Shown here: positions 39,900-52,559 of the stretch, in pieces
Layout of the letters: the number at the start of each line of letters is the position of its first letter
Numbering within the stretch: the stretch's first letter is position 1
Assembly (NCBI GenBank): GCA_036172245.1
Contig: JAYWIR010000038.1
Location: 1,550,001 to 1,614,000 of the forward strand
DNA length: 64,000 nucleotides
Direction: 5' to 3'
From: Raillietiella orientalis
Lineage: Eukaryota
The notes under the pieces: generated by a model
What the model saw: the letters and a program-made list of their open reading frames with translations, nothing else
What the model was told of the DNA's origin: nothing
Databases searched by the model: none
Position numbers and translations under genes: made by a program

Positions 39900-40500
39900 T
39901 CGAAAATAGTTTTCCGATGTTTCTTGAGCTTCCAGCAGGCAGCTCCAGGTGCATTCGCGCACGTGCCATTTTTTTAAAAAATTCACCAACCGATTGAGGG
40001 CTCAACAGGGTGGTGTTATCTGGTTTGACATCAGGGCAAACTGATTTGCCTCCATTCTGAACCCTCCGTCTCGTACCATGGAACTCGTGGATAGATCATG
40101 TCTTTCCAGAGTGCAGTGAAGCGTGCCTCTCCCTTCAGGGAACGCCCCTATTGAGAAAATTCGGAAGCGTCTCTTCGGGGTTCTCTTCAGAGGAGGAAAC
40201 CAGGAGCGGTTCCCTTGCGGGTGCTCTCCATAGAAAAAATGGAGCGGATCCCTTCAGGGGTCCGCTCCATTTTTTCTCCATTATTTCCCTCCGGAGGGGT
40301 CCCTCCGGAGAGAATAAGGAAGAGGTCCCCCTTTGGAGACAACCAAGGTGGAGATTCCCTTCGGAATGCCCCAGGCGTGAGAGGAACGGACTCCCTTCTC
40401 CGGAGCCCTTCCTGGATTCATAAGGTAGTTCCCTCCCGGGGTTACGCCCTAGCTTGAAAAGTCACACGCACCCCCGGGTGTCATGGACAGGTGCCTTGTT
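39900..40500 (+). mobile_element. Degenerate RT fragment, related to 31600-32000
   Basis: VIWFDIRAN (for WLDLxNAF). Direct nucleotide similarity to about 31775-31960 (cccttcagggarcgcccc...gagcggttcccttgc...ggagcggatcc). Confidence 0.5.
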
Positions 40501-41749
40501 TGATGACCCTTCTAGTCAGCTCCTCCCAACAAAGCAAGCAAGCCTTGTGTGGATAGGAAACTGAAACCTGTGGCATCCAGAGCTGCCACTCTTTCCCCGT
40601 CCACATTGTGTGGATGGCAATAGTGCGGACGGTCGATGATGTGTTCTCAGGTACGATTTTCCTAATGGAGTACCTACTCACGCCCTTCACGCTACACCTA
40701 TTGTTCCCTTTAAGAGAATAGGGAGCTACTTTTCCAAGAAACTGACGTGAAATTCTAATTCATGGTTTTTTTTTTCTTCCGCTACACACTTGCCTCTTCC
40801 ACCTGCGTGCGTGGAAACATGCACACACTCTGCACACATGTGATGCGCCTTCTGATGAAGTAACTAGAACTCGGTCAAGAGCGCCAACTGAAAATCATAG
40901 GGGATTGAGGAGTCGTGATCCAACGTGACCAAGAGTATACGAAAATTGTGTTCTGGAAGGACATGCAGTGGGAATCTCTACGGAAACCACTCTTCGTATT
41001 TCGATAGGAGTTCCACCAACTACCAGCTACCAAATTTCTTTTCATCCCATCCATTTGATAAGCAAAAAGCACCTTCAGTTCAAGGTTTGGCGAAGAAACC
41101 TTGAAACGCGTTCCGGTCATCTGTTTTAATGATGAAAAGTTCCTATAATCGAATCCTATTGACCCTAGGTCAATAGGTGATCTTCAATGAGCACTGACGC
41201 CATCTTGGTTCAAAAGACGTCTTACAGATACGCTTTTCTATTGGCTTTTTTATTTCCAACACCAAATTATAGAGTGCAACTAATTAGAGCTATAATGACA
41301 TCCGACGAAGGCAAGCACCCCTATTTACGTATGTTCATTTTTAGGCTCTTCACCTGAATCCAATTATAAGAGAAAGGAATGCCACATCAGAATATTAGAA
41401 TACATTTATAATTACCTATGGATGGGGGCCCAAATATACTGAATACTAAATGAGAACGTACTTGGATCCAATAAATCGGTGTATTTATTGTTTTTGTGGT
41501 ATACCACCGTTTAGGTTCCGCATGACTTCTTCATGTCTTGCAGATTGCAATCCTCTCTTGAGGTATGGCGGCAATTACCACTACGTGCAGTTCAGGTATC
41601 ATTCAGAATAGTTATTCATCGAAACAAATGTGCTGAATTCACACCTCATCTGAATAATGCACCTAAATCAGATTTCAGTGCAAAGAAACTGAACTCCAGA
41701 AACCTATCAGCATCTCAATCTTACAATAAGCCTTCAGAATGAATTTTCA

Positions 41750-42560
41750 TTTTCTCGAACTTCCAGTTCTCCTCTTCCAATGACCAATGGCTCATCTGAG
41801 GGAGGGGTCCTGATCTGTTTTGCTGAACTGGAACGAACTCAATCTGCTCCAGATGAAATACTTCCCGTTCTTGCCTTCTTCCGTATCCCCCAGAGGGACA
41901 GAACAAGTGTTTTTGGGTTACCTGCACCTCTGCCTGTTCCGTTCCCGTTTGCAAAGCAGGCAGGAACGAAGCCTTGACTTGAGCTGTGGAGGTCTATCTG
42001 AGTCATCATGCGTACGTTGGATCACCAAGCTCTCTTCCACGAGAGCTGGTCCTCCAAATGATTTGACCAACTCAGCATGGCCAGAGGATCGATTCGAATT
42101 ATCCCTTCGTCTCAAAGCTGCCGAAGCAATAGAATTCCTAGCTATCGTCTTTAAAATGAAAAAGGGTCTTTTCATGAGCTACTAAATGATAGTTCTGGCA
42201 AGAACCATTGAGTATCCAGAAACTGACGATATATCTAAGAAATGCACCATGAAGACGTAAGAAGAAATTCTGCTCTTCAGCATGTGTTCATTACTTGCTC
42301 TAGAGCGGATGGAAAGTGTCCTCAAGTGAGTTCCTGCCTTACTCTGCACGGGGGGCGCCAAGAAACGAGCTACGAAAGCTGCAGCTTGTTCCTTGGCTTG
42401 CTGCGAGACAAGGACCTTGTATGCTTTTAGGTAAAGCCGTGAACTAACGGAAAACACTCGATTCAAGAGATGGTTCCTCTGAGGCATTGCTCGTCCTAAG
42501 TCCTAGGATATGTCTGACCTATCTGGATCCGTCTGGAAAGTCCGACGTAACTCATGGGAA
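41750..42560 (+). mobile_element. Degenerate RLE retrotransposon 3' end
   Basis: Weak remnants of the RLE DVT..K..KY, VGxLGxW and SRDIY (S*DMSDLSG) motifs. Confidence 0.35.
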
Positions 42561-42739
42561 CTCTAGCTTCAAAGCTCGTGCCAGCTGAGGATCCACTGGA
42601 CTCCGGTCTTTAAGCATTAGTCTAGAAGCATAAGTCTTCTGCACATAAACCTTAAGCATTCCCTTCCTTGTAAACAGAGATGCACATCCCAAACAGCCAC
42701 CCAAGGTCGTGCTGTTAGGATGCTGAGGACAGTCGACTT

Positions 42740-44700
42740 ATGTAGATATGTAGTTTAATGTAAATTTCTTTCGGCATACATTTCTATTAATAATGATTTA
42801 CATGCACATTATCAATATAATTAATAACATGCATTAATATATCTCATTGATATTTGTTAAAGATTATCAACATATATTAATGTGTTTACTACGTATATTT
42901 TATTTTTGTCCACTATTTCTAATTGCCACTACTGTCTTTTATTTTTTGCAATTCGGTATTTATATATTCGTTCAATTTATAATATAAATATGTATTTATA
43001 TTTTAACCCTTAATAGATATATTGATGATATGTTGATAAATATCAGCAGTTATATTAATAAAATGTATGTTGATAAATATCAATGTGCATGTTATGATGA
43101 AATCAATGTTAATATTATATATGATAATAAATATAAATATTTATAGATTATATGTTAATAAATAGTACTAAATATGTGTGCTAGAATAAATTTTCAATCA
43201 GTTTCAATGGAAGTTTTACATTTTCAATAAACTTTCATTAATTAACCTATACATAAATATACGTTTTAACATACACAATGAGCATACATGCTAATTTTTA
43301 AGATCTTTATGAGATACATTAACCTATATATAAATACAGGTTACATTATATTTGTTATTATGTTGATATTTCATATTAATCACCATAAGTTACAGTAATT
43401 ATATATCAGTATACATAATGAGCATGTGCATTTACTTTTTTATGATGTCTCGAGATTTCTGCGTTCGGGATTTTGACCGGTACCCGGCTCTGCTCCGGTT
43501 GAGATGCTGCGCCTCCTCCACAGTCTGGTACCTCTTCCCGGGGCCCTCTCGATGGTAAGAAGAGCTTCTTCCCACGACCCCTTCTGCCAAAGCAGCAGGC
43601 ATCAGGAGAACCGCCAATAGAGAACAGCTTCCGTGGTAGAAAGTAAGAAACTGAAATTCCAAACGAAGAGCATCGCAAATTGGTGTCTCGTACTTGACCG
43701 ACGATGGATGACCTCACCGTGCAAGAAACAAGAGTGCAGACCTCTTGCTCCTTGCCTCCGAACCAGCGTTTCTTCACCTTCGTAGTCTTTGCGAAACGGA
43801 CGCCTTCAAGTCAGAGCACTGCAAGCAGGTAGACTGACTAAATTTGTTAATAATATCCATGCTCATAGATTTTAAATATACATACATTATAATAATATAA
43901 ATGTTGATCTTGTGAATGAATATTAAGAAATATGTATGCTAAAATGAATTTGTACATTAATCTACCATTAATATACATATGTATATGTATATGCATAATA
44001 AGCATATATATTTATTTTTTAGAATCTTCATAACATATGTTAATCTACATATAAATATATAGAACAAACGTATGTATTCATGTCTTTGGACCTTTTCGAT
44101 ATTCGGGATTTTGATCGGGACTGCTGAATTGCATCGTGGTAACATCTGGTGCTGAAGAGTATTTGAACGAAAATGGAGGGCGCTTCCATGATGGTGACGA
44201 GCGAGCAGCTCCTTTTTGATCCTCTCAAAATCTACAAGATGTCCGTTTGCTTGCCAGCAGCCCAAGAACTGGTAAGAATCTTTGCTCCAAGGTGAAATGC
44301 TAATCGAAAAAGAGACAGCCCCGTTCTCATTTGGGGGGCGAAAAGCGATCGGAAAATTTCCGCCACCACCCCTTCGGGAATGGTGAAATTTCGCTGACGG
44401 ATCCTTGATTTCCAGTGCCGTGTGCATTGCACCTTGGATCACTCTGTCCATGGGAGAATCCTGATTTCATGCTCTTCGAAGAGTGCTGAGGATGGCGAGA
44501 GGGTTCCTCCAGAACGGTTCCTTTTAACAGCGCGCAACAGATTGGTTGCTTCCCGTCGTGATGCACTCCTCTCACCTGCGAGCTTGAAGAGCTCCACGCT
44601 GGAAATTCTTTACGAGATCGGTTTTTTGTCACTTGGTTGCCGTTGCATTGAGTTCGAGATGAAATGAAGGTGATAGTGGCTCTGAACCTGCTTGTCCGAA
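42740..44700 (-). mobile_element. Two tandem RLE retrotransposon 3' ends with AT-rich 3' UTRs
   Basis: 43957..44451 reads SYQFLGCWQANGHL...FRSNTLQH then IKIPN and an AT-rich tail (43840-44080). 43406..43777 also ends VKIPN followed by an AT-rich tail (42740-43440). Confidence 0.55.
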
Positions 44701-46499
44701 CAGTTTGTGTGTCCTTTTAGAGTCCAATCACGTGACAGTTCGACCCGAAGAGTACAACTGTGAGAGCGAAACAAACGCCCCTGCCTCCAATAAAGAGGAT
44801 TCTTATGAAAGCGTCGATCCATCACAGTAGAGTGGCAGAACCTTAGGCAGTAGGTACGAACCGAAGTACCAACGCTTTAGAGAGGTTTGATCGTTCCCAC
44901 CAAGACCATCAAGACCCAGCTGTAAAACATTCTTCCGTCCAGAGACAAGCGCGCGCTCTGAATGAAGGCTGGCTGCCGGCCTGTAACTGAGGAAGAGTGC
45001 TGGAAACATCTCTCTCCCTCTGACAAAGTGAAGCGAATCTCCTTTATTCCCTTCAACTTTATCGAGGTCATTGATCTTGATTCCTTCTTCACAGATTACA
45101 GTTCAGTACCTCTTTGAGGAAGAATTCCACAGCTGCCTGTTTCCTTAGGAACGCATGAGCAGGCGTAGACCTTCTCGTTGTCAACGAGGAGCATAAAAAA
45201 ATTTCCGGTTAGGCGAGTCCTCAGACGAAGACATCACAACTCGGTTCCTCCGAAACGTTTCAACTTTCACATCCGAATTCTGCATTGGTCGAGGAACATT
45301 GCATACCAAAACTTTAAATGGCGATCGCTATTGCTCCACGGAAAGAAAAATGGTCTCGTGAGATGCTGGCTGGAGCTCTTCCTGGGGTTCAGGTTTCTCA
45401 CTCATCTACAAATCCTACTCAAATATAAAATGGCTGAGTTCCAGACGATATAGGAATAGGGAGTTGCTGTGGTTTGAAGCTCCCCTTGCATGCAAAAACA
45501 AGATAAAAAAAGGAACATTCATGTCCCTGATAAGACGACAGTCCAATGCCATCTCTGCATTGCTGCATCTATCTCCAATTTCCTATTTCGTTCCTGTTTC
45601 TGCTAGCTGGCTCCTCTTTTGTCCCCGATCCAGACTTGAGTGCACAACTGGAACAGTTCCCACTGCTTTCCTTTTCTTAGACTGAAGAAAATGCAAACTC
45701 TCTTTAGCATTCAGAGCTACAGAAAGAGAAAATTGAAAAAAATTGCGATGCGACTCAGTCTTCTGTGGCATTCCGGATTCGTGATGCTTCACATCATGGA
45801 TTCGTTGTTCTCGGGTAAATGGCATCACTGACTTGGCAGAGCGATGGAACCTGGCCCTTCTAACACTTCTGCCCATCCGATGAGGCAGATGGCTGGCTGT
45901 TCGTAGGGCATATGGTAGTTGTAGCTATCAAACAAATCGAAAGGGATGACAACAAAACGCAGGGAGACGACTGCACCCAATCGACTGATCCTCGGAGAGG
46001 ATTCCAGCCTCCAATCTGACCCTCACTTGCCCTCGAGACGAATGGACTGCACTCGACGTAAGCCGACGTAATTGCGACGATGCAATTACACTCGAAGTAG
46101 CCTGACCATTCGGGAAGAGAGCTCAGCTTCTCAGGGAGATCGCAGCAAGAGGGAGAAAATAGAATTCTGGAGTCTCTCCATCTCCTTTTGAAGGAAATTT
46201 TCCTCCTTGAAGTATGGTGACATCTTGAGAAAGCTCTCTTGCTTCCGAAGCGAATCTCCGGGGTACTTGCCGAATCGTTTCTTCGTGCGGAATGTATTTT
46301 TCGTCTGCCACGGTGGTGGCCAACGCTGGTTTTGTCCTCGGAATAGAGACCCACCTTGTCGTGTAGCCGAATGGCTCCGGCAGTTTGGGACTCCTCCGTG
46401 ATGGGCAGGGCGTCGAAGTGGTGCGCTACTGGAAATCGTAGTAAAGAAGGAGGTCACCTGCATCTTGCGTGGGCTGTAGAAGGCACGGAGAGGCCAGCC

Positions 46500-48700
46500 C
46501 GATGACCCACTGGCTCACCTCCTAAACAACGTAATCTTATTTATTTTTTTCCTCTGCTCTCTCCTGGCGACGGTCTCCGCCAGCAGCCCACCCACAAATG
46601 GAAATCCACCCTTTCCTGACCCAGCGTAGCACCGCGCTTCCTACTGGCGCGTCGTCTCCTCTCCTAGCAAACGTCCTGGGGAGCCTGGGAGAAGCAACAG
46701 AGCCAGAGCGCAATCCCAGAAATCCTTTCCATCAGCGATGCATCTGCAGTCCGGTAAACATGAGCTCGTCTGGCGTGTCCGTCTTCTGCACGGCATTCGT
46801 CCAACCTAGGCTGTGCATCGGATGACACGAGAAAGGGATTGTGGCCTGGGAAACTGAGGATGACAATTTACACGTTGGGAACGAAAGACTTGACCCATCT
46901 CTCCAAAAATGTGACTGAAAAAGACACCTCAGAAGATCCGACATGAGAGCGCAGTCACATCATCCACGAATGTCGAAAGCCCGGCACATCTTCCCGAAAA
47001 CCTCTTCGGAATAAACACAATGAGCACCGCAGGGACGACTCTTATTTACCTCCCGGCTCCTTGGACCAGGGTAGCGACAGGAGAGGACGCGCGTTCCTGG
47101 ACTCCGGGAACACTTCCGGTCCAATCGACCCGCATGCGCACTGCACGACGGGCGGCGAGACCCGGAGGCCAGCGGCGTCCCTCCCCATCCGCCCAGACAT
47201 CCGCCGAGGGCAGCGTCTCCGCCTCCTCCGCGCTTCCAGCGTCGCATCCAGGTTCGACGCCGCCTCTCCCCTCCCCTTCCCCCCCCCCGCGGACTCCACG
47301 CCGTGCTGCCGCAGAGCCGGCGCTCGTGCTGCGGCAGCGCGGGGCAGAGGCAGCCCGGCTCGCAAAGAGGAGGCGCCCTTCATCCCTTTCCCGCTTTCTA
47401 GCGTGGGAATGCCGCGAGGTGCCCGGGACTTTCTCCTCTCCGCCGAGGTCTCCTCGCAGGCCCGGTCGCTTCTCGCCCGCACCCACGCGAGCCGTTCGCC
47501 GGACGCTCCCTGGACGCTTCCGAGTGCCGCCGCAGAAGGCCTTTCTTCGGCTTTCCGGTTTCGTCGCGCTGGCAACCGGGGAGGGAGCTCCTCGACGCTG
47601 CAGAAAACGAGGGAAACGAACCGTCGGAGTTGCTAGGCAGGAGCCAGCTTGTCCGGCTCCTGGCGGGTTGCAGGAAGGACAGGGCGCGACTCCAAGGTCC
47701 CCCTCCGAAGGCTGCGTGCGAGGGCAGGCGACTCGGTTCCGTCGGCCGCCTGTTGCTCTCTCGCGCGCGCGCAGACGTGGTGGTGGCGCCGCTCGGGGTT
47801 GGCGCATGCCTCCAGGCGACGGCGAAGCCCCGCAAGGACACTGGTCTCTCTCTCCAGAGGTCTCGTTGCGCGCCTTCCGCAGTCTTGCTGCGCGCGCCCC
47901 TTGCTAGCTGCGGGGGACGCGCAGGGGCCCGCTCGTGGGCGGCGCACGGCAACAGCCTCCAACTTGCGGGCGTCCGCCTCCCTCGCGCTCCCGTTGCCCT
48001 TCGGGTTAGAGATGGAGGTCGGTGCTGGCGTCTGCGCCGGCTGCGCCCGCCGGGCTCCCGAGTAGGCCATGTGCTCCCGAGTGCCCTGCGTTGGCCTTCC
48101 GACAGGAGGGTGTCGATCCTCCGGCATCGAGCACCGGTTACTTTTCTTTCCGTCTTCCTCAGGCCCTTCGCGAACCCCGGGTCTGCTCTTCCGCGCCACC
48201 ATCCCCTTCCGGAGGAGGAAAGAGGTATCCCGGAAACCACGTGCGGCGAGGAAGGGGGAAGGAAGAATTCACCTATTCCTCTCCCTCTGCGGAGACGGAG
48301 GGAGGGGAACAGGAAACTCCCGGCCGGGTCTGATTCCTGGGGGATCTGTCGACCTCTTCCGCGAAAGATGCTGCGTGCAACAACAGCACTGGATCTTGGA
48401 GATTCTATCAGCAGAGCGCCCGAAGGCGCAAGCTGGTCTTCGGCAGGAGGTTGGGTTCTTTGCCAGCTCCAAGCTTGCTTTGGTTTGTGCGTGGCACCCG
48501 ACATGCGTGACCCCTTCTATTCCTTGATAATCCTCACTCCTATTTCTTTTTTTGAATCCCATATCCTTTGGAAGATGGAGGGTTGCAGGCTCCCCTAGTC
48601 GCCTCAGGCGTCCGCGATCCGAAAAAGGTTCACATTTGTGTCGAGCTGGTTGGATCAGGGAATCCGGACTGGAGAGGTCCTGGAAGACTAAAGAGAGACG
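46500..48700 (-). mobile_element. Degenerate RLE retrotransposon containing the left IR arm
   Basis: Beyond the arm the reading continues RPCGAHCVYSEEVFGKMC (finger) and SQATIPFSCHPMHSLGWTNAVQK (for DVTIPFE..AR..K). Confidence 0.55.
47066..48441. repeat. Left arm of ~1.38 kb near-perfect inverted repeat
   Basis: Reverse complement of 52589-53963. ORF-track translations 47633..48202(-) and 52827..53396(+) are identical. About a dozen differences seen by eye, clustered toward the arm ends. Confidence 0.97.
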
Positions 48701-49699
48701 CGCGGAACGGGAGGAGCTGCCCCTCCTGTGGGAGTTTCTCGTGGACAGGCCAGCTGGGTAGTGCAGGCGAAACTGAGGTTAAGGGGTTCGACGGAACCAC
48801 AACTTAAAGGGAAGCTCCGGGCAGCTACTGGAAGATCGCTCCCTGTGAACCAATCGCCAAGAGAAGAAGCAATTCAGGAGAGGGGAGTTGGGGGGAGGCA
48901 TCAGAAAGCGCTCTCCCGTTGGTTGCCTTAATCCCAGCTCGGCATTCTGAGGGATGACGAATTCGCCTCTTCTTCAGTTGTTCTCGACAGCATGGAAAGA
49001 AATAAAACGGGACGACGGTCTTTTTTACTCGATGCTGTCCGATCACACGGTGACGAATTTCTTAGCTGAGTTGGGCAAAAGGTCCAGGTGAATAAAAAAC
49101 GGATGCTGCCTTTCAGACTGGGAAGCGTCTTCGCTTACAGAGCGGATGAAGCAAAAGGCACAAATAGTGCAGCATGACGAGAGAGACGGATTGTTTGTGG
49201 GGACCGAGATGGATGGTCTGAAGGTGGTTAGTGGTAGGACGACGGAGGATTTGGAGATTCAAAGAGGCGAGGCGCGAAAGGGGCATCCATCTGGAATCCA
49301 TCCGCTTCCATTCTGATGCACCTGACTCTTGCAGTGCCGATCTGAGAGCATTTTCCTCTCCCGAGCGACTTCTTCCTCCTTGCAGATCGCGACTCCGGTT
49401 GGGTGGCATCCTGGCACTCGCGAGAGAGGCGTGCAACCCGGATGGGCTTGTGCATATTTGTGGACCTATGAGATTTTTGCCATCTCGGGTTCCCTTGAAA
49501 CTCTTCCGCATCTTTCGCAATCTGTCATCCTGGTTGGCCGGCGGATCTCGGCTTTCAATTTCTGAAAGTCGTATTTCATTCGACCGCACCACTCTTTTTG
49601 TCGAGTGATTAAAGACCGCCGGAGACCGGTAGGGAGAAAGTTTCATTCTTTTTTCTTTTTTTTTTTTCCTTCTCATTTTTGCTCTTCTTCGCTGCTAGG

Positions 49700-49739
49700 T
49701 ATTTAAGGTACGGACATCAAATTGACCCGCGAGACAGTC
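49700..49739 (+). promoter_or_regulatory. Putative TATA-like box and Inr of cuticle gene 2
   Basis: TATTTAAG at 49700-49707 and ACAGTC at 49734-49739, upstream of the ATG at 49789. Spacing is slightly long. Confidence 0.45.
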
Positions 49740-49788
49740 TGTTGGTTCCTCTCGTAGATTTGTTTTGCTGACCAGCATTGGACTCACC

Positions 49789-52262
49789 ATGCGCTCTTTA
49801 ATACTTCTGGTAAGTCAGTCCTGTTTTCGGATCCATTTGTCGACTCTTTAAGCGAATGCCGTGTGCTGCTACGCAGAGCCCAACTTTCCCTTCCCTGTGC
49901 ATCCGGGTCTCCGTTACCGCTGCTGCTGCTCTCGGTTTGCTCCCGAACGACCGTCTCTGCAAAGACCACCACCGCCGGGACGTGGTGGCCACGTGTTAGG
50001 CGTACTCGCGGACCCTATTGCGAGGGGGAATCGCCAGAGGGCACTCGCGTCTCTTGCGAACGCTTCCGTGCTGTTTGCAGAACGCGTACCGCTCTAAGTC
50101 GGCACTGCCCTTCGCCGACTCCCGCCTGCAAGAAAGCGCAATCCCTATCGATAGGTGAGTGGACTTTGAATGGCCTACTTGTCTGAAGCCGTCGACTTTC
50201 GATGCATTCCCTGCGCCGCCTCCGTGCGGAAAAGCGCCAGATCTCTGCTTCCAGGCTGGGGGATCCAGGAATCCCGTTTGGGGGACGCACACTTGGTGCG
50301 TGTCCTCCGCAGGGGAGTTTTCGCTTGCGCAGAATCCGTTTTTTGAAGTGTCGGAAGCTGAACTGATCCGCTATCCCTCTTCCTGACGGATGGATCCCTG
50401 TCCAAGTTGATAACTAGATGGCATCCGTCGTTCAGATGTGCATCGAGGTCTCTCTCAGCGCTCGGAGGCGTGATTGCTGGCTTGGATCACCGACCAGTGC
50501 GTTTGATTCTTCGAATGGAAGGCTGTACGGGATGGCTTGAATGCTCCTCCGACGCGCGAGGATTCTGGAGTTGGCCGCCTCCTCGCGTAGCGATCGAAGG
50601 AAACATTTCCTCCTGGGATGGAAACTCGAAAGATGGATTTCGGGACAGAAGTTCTGACGCACTCCTGAAGCCCACGATTTCCAGGATCTCGTTTCTCTTT
50701 GATGTCCTCTCTCGTCACAGATCTATTCGGATGAGTTGTCGCAGGAACCGCGTGAAGAAACTGCTGCTTCTCTATATGTATATATAAGCAGACAGGTATA
50801 CACTTGTTCTTGCCCCTATTCGTACATGCCGAACAGCATTTCTCGAAAGAGGTACTTCGGCATGTCGAACTCAAGTAACGTAGCAAAAATCTGGTTATCA
50901 AGCCGTGTATGTCAAAAACAAAAAGTGTTTCTTCTTGGAGATGCCGCCGCATCTCAGTATCTAAGCAAAATCTTCTGAACGTGAAGATCAAGCGCAGTTG
51001 CTGTCGGGAATACAGACAACAGGCTCTGGGCAGTGCGGGGGATATGTTCTGTATTAAATGGACCCGATGGGTTATCTATGCGTAATATGGTAGTGTTTTT
51101 AGAGGACGTAAAACGTACCTCATACGTCATAACAGTAGAAAATGCATTATTTCACTTTGAAAGAAAAAAATTGAGGATGTTTATTTAGCTTGAAGCAGTG
51201 AAAAGCTTTTAAGAGTTCTGTTTTCATGTAATCGATCCAGATGATCGCATAGCTTCACCTCTATCGTGCTCTTTGTCGAAAAGTGTATCTTCCTGCGATG
51301 TCTTCCTGACGAAAATTTGAATGGAACCCAGTCGAATCACATAATCGTGTATCCTGGAAGAAGAAAAAAATACAGCATCCCGGCTGACGCAGGAGCACTG
51401 CAAAATTGAAATTTACCCACAGAGGCGAATGGAGATCACCGACTGCATTTTAGGAGGACGGCCGTCATTTTTCTGCGCGTCGACCGTCGAATCCGCGTCG
51501 CCTTACAGTGATCCGTCGACTTGCGCTCCTGGGAACGACGTGCTCCAGCCACCGGGATCCACGCGGATCTTCCTGCTGCTCCGTTCGTTCTCACGTCCTC
51601 CGACGGTCCGTGAGCATCCGCAGAGGTGCGCTCATGAGCAACAGCACTGCAGACGCGCTCTTTAGGATTCCCATGAGGCACTTTTGCTCGAACAGCACGC
51701 GTGCGCCACGTATGTGGCGTGTCTGTGTGGGGACCAAGTGTGCCAACTGTCGTGCGCCGAGTGCATGAACGCGCGGAAAGCGCCTCGGGACTTTGCGCGG
51801 AAATCTGTGACACGTGGCAAGAAAAATTTACTGAAGTGGTTTTTTGGCATTCCAGTTCTTGGCCGTCGCTGCAGGAATCATTTCTGTCTCGGGAAGACCT
51901 CAGGACCTACCTTACATTCCGATCCTTCAGTACAGATTCGACTACAAACCGGGGGAATCCTACTCCTACTTGTAATGCACCCATTTGACTCTCCACCTAC
52001 TGTGGCATGGCTTTCTTTCTCTCTCCCTTCCCCCTCCCTCCCCTCTCTCTCTCTTATTCTGGAATTTCCGATCAGGTACGAATCGGGAGACAAAACCAAG
52101 AAGTTCGAAGACGGGATCCTGCCCAAGACTGACCTCGAAGCCATCACGGTGAAGGGAGAATACAGCTACGTCGACCCGGACGGCGGCTTCAACAAAGTCA
52201 GCTACATCGGCGACCAGCAGGGCTTCCGCTCCAACGTGGAACTGAACTTCAAGCAGCCCTGA
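49789..52262 (+). CDS. Cuticular protein, divergent RR-1-like chitin-binding domain, 3 exons, 107 aa
   Basis: Exons 49789-49809 (MRSLILL|gtaagt), 51856-51971 (ttccag|FLAVAAGIISVSGRPQDLPYIPILQYRFDYKPGESYSY-TT|gtaatg) and 52076-52262 (atcag|G-YESGDKTKKFEDG...KGEYSYVDPDGGFNKVSYIGDQQGFRSNVELNFKQP*). Phases match and the signal peptide ends ...VSG-RPQ. AATAAA at 52341-52346. Exons 2-3 are strong. Exon 1 is inferred from signal-peptide fit and from matching the architecture of gene 1. Confidence 0.88.
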
Positions 52263-52559
52263 GCCACTCCCAACGTGCGAGGCACCGGAACGAGGGGCAG
52301 CAGAGCGTCGAATACCGGACAGCGCATGCGGCAATGAGCAAATAAATGACGCGACAGGAGAAATTGGCCGGCGGAAGTCGAGTTCTTTGATAGAAAACGC
52401 TTCCGGTTCCAAGAGACGCCTTTCCTGGTTCAATCCGACTCGCCCTCGCATCACCTGGACTTCCTCAGGAGACCCGAGACACCTCTTGTGCAAAAAGACA
52501 CTCGGTTTAACTCGCTCCGGTCCCTCTCAACAGCTCCAGTTCTTCCCGGAAATTCATGG

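Noticed and set aside
42740..44080. AT-rich tracts as a mitochondrial control-region NUMT
   Set aside because: No mitochondrial gene, tRNA or rRNA similarity seen. The position after RLE C-termini fits element 3' UTRs.
50776..50790. TATATAAG as the promoter of cuticle gene 2
   Set aside because: It sits in a TA-repeat and no convincing phase-0 signal-peptide exon follows closely. The exon at 49789 fits better, but this is not fully excluded.
51684..52075. N-terminal part of the 192-aa ORF as the cuticle protein N-terminus
   Set aside because: The real exon 2 (51856-51971) is in a different frame and the rest is intron.
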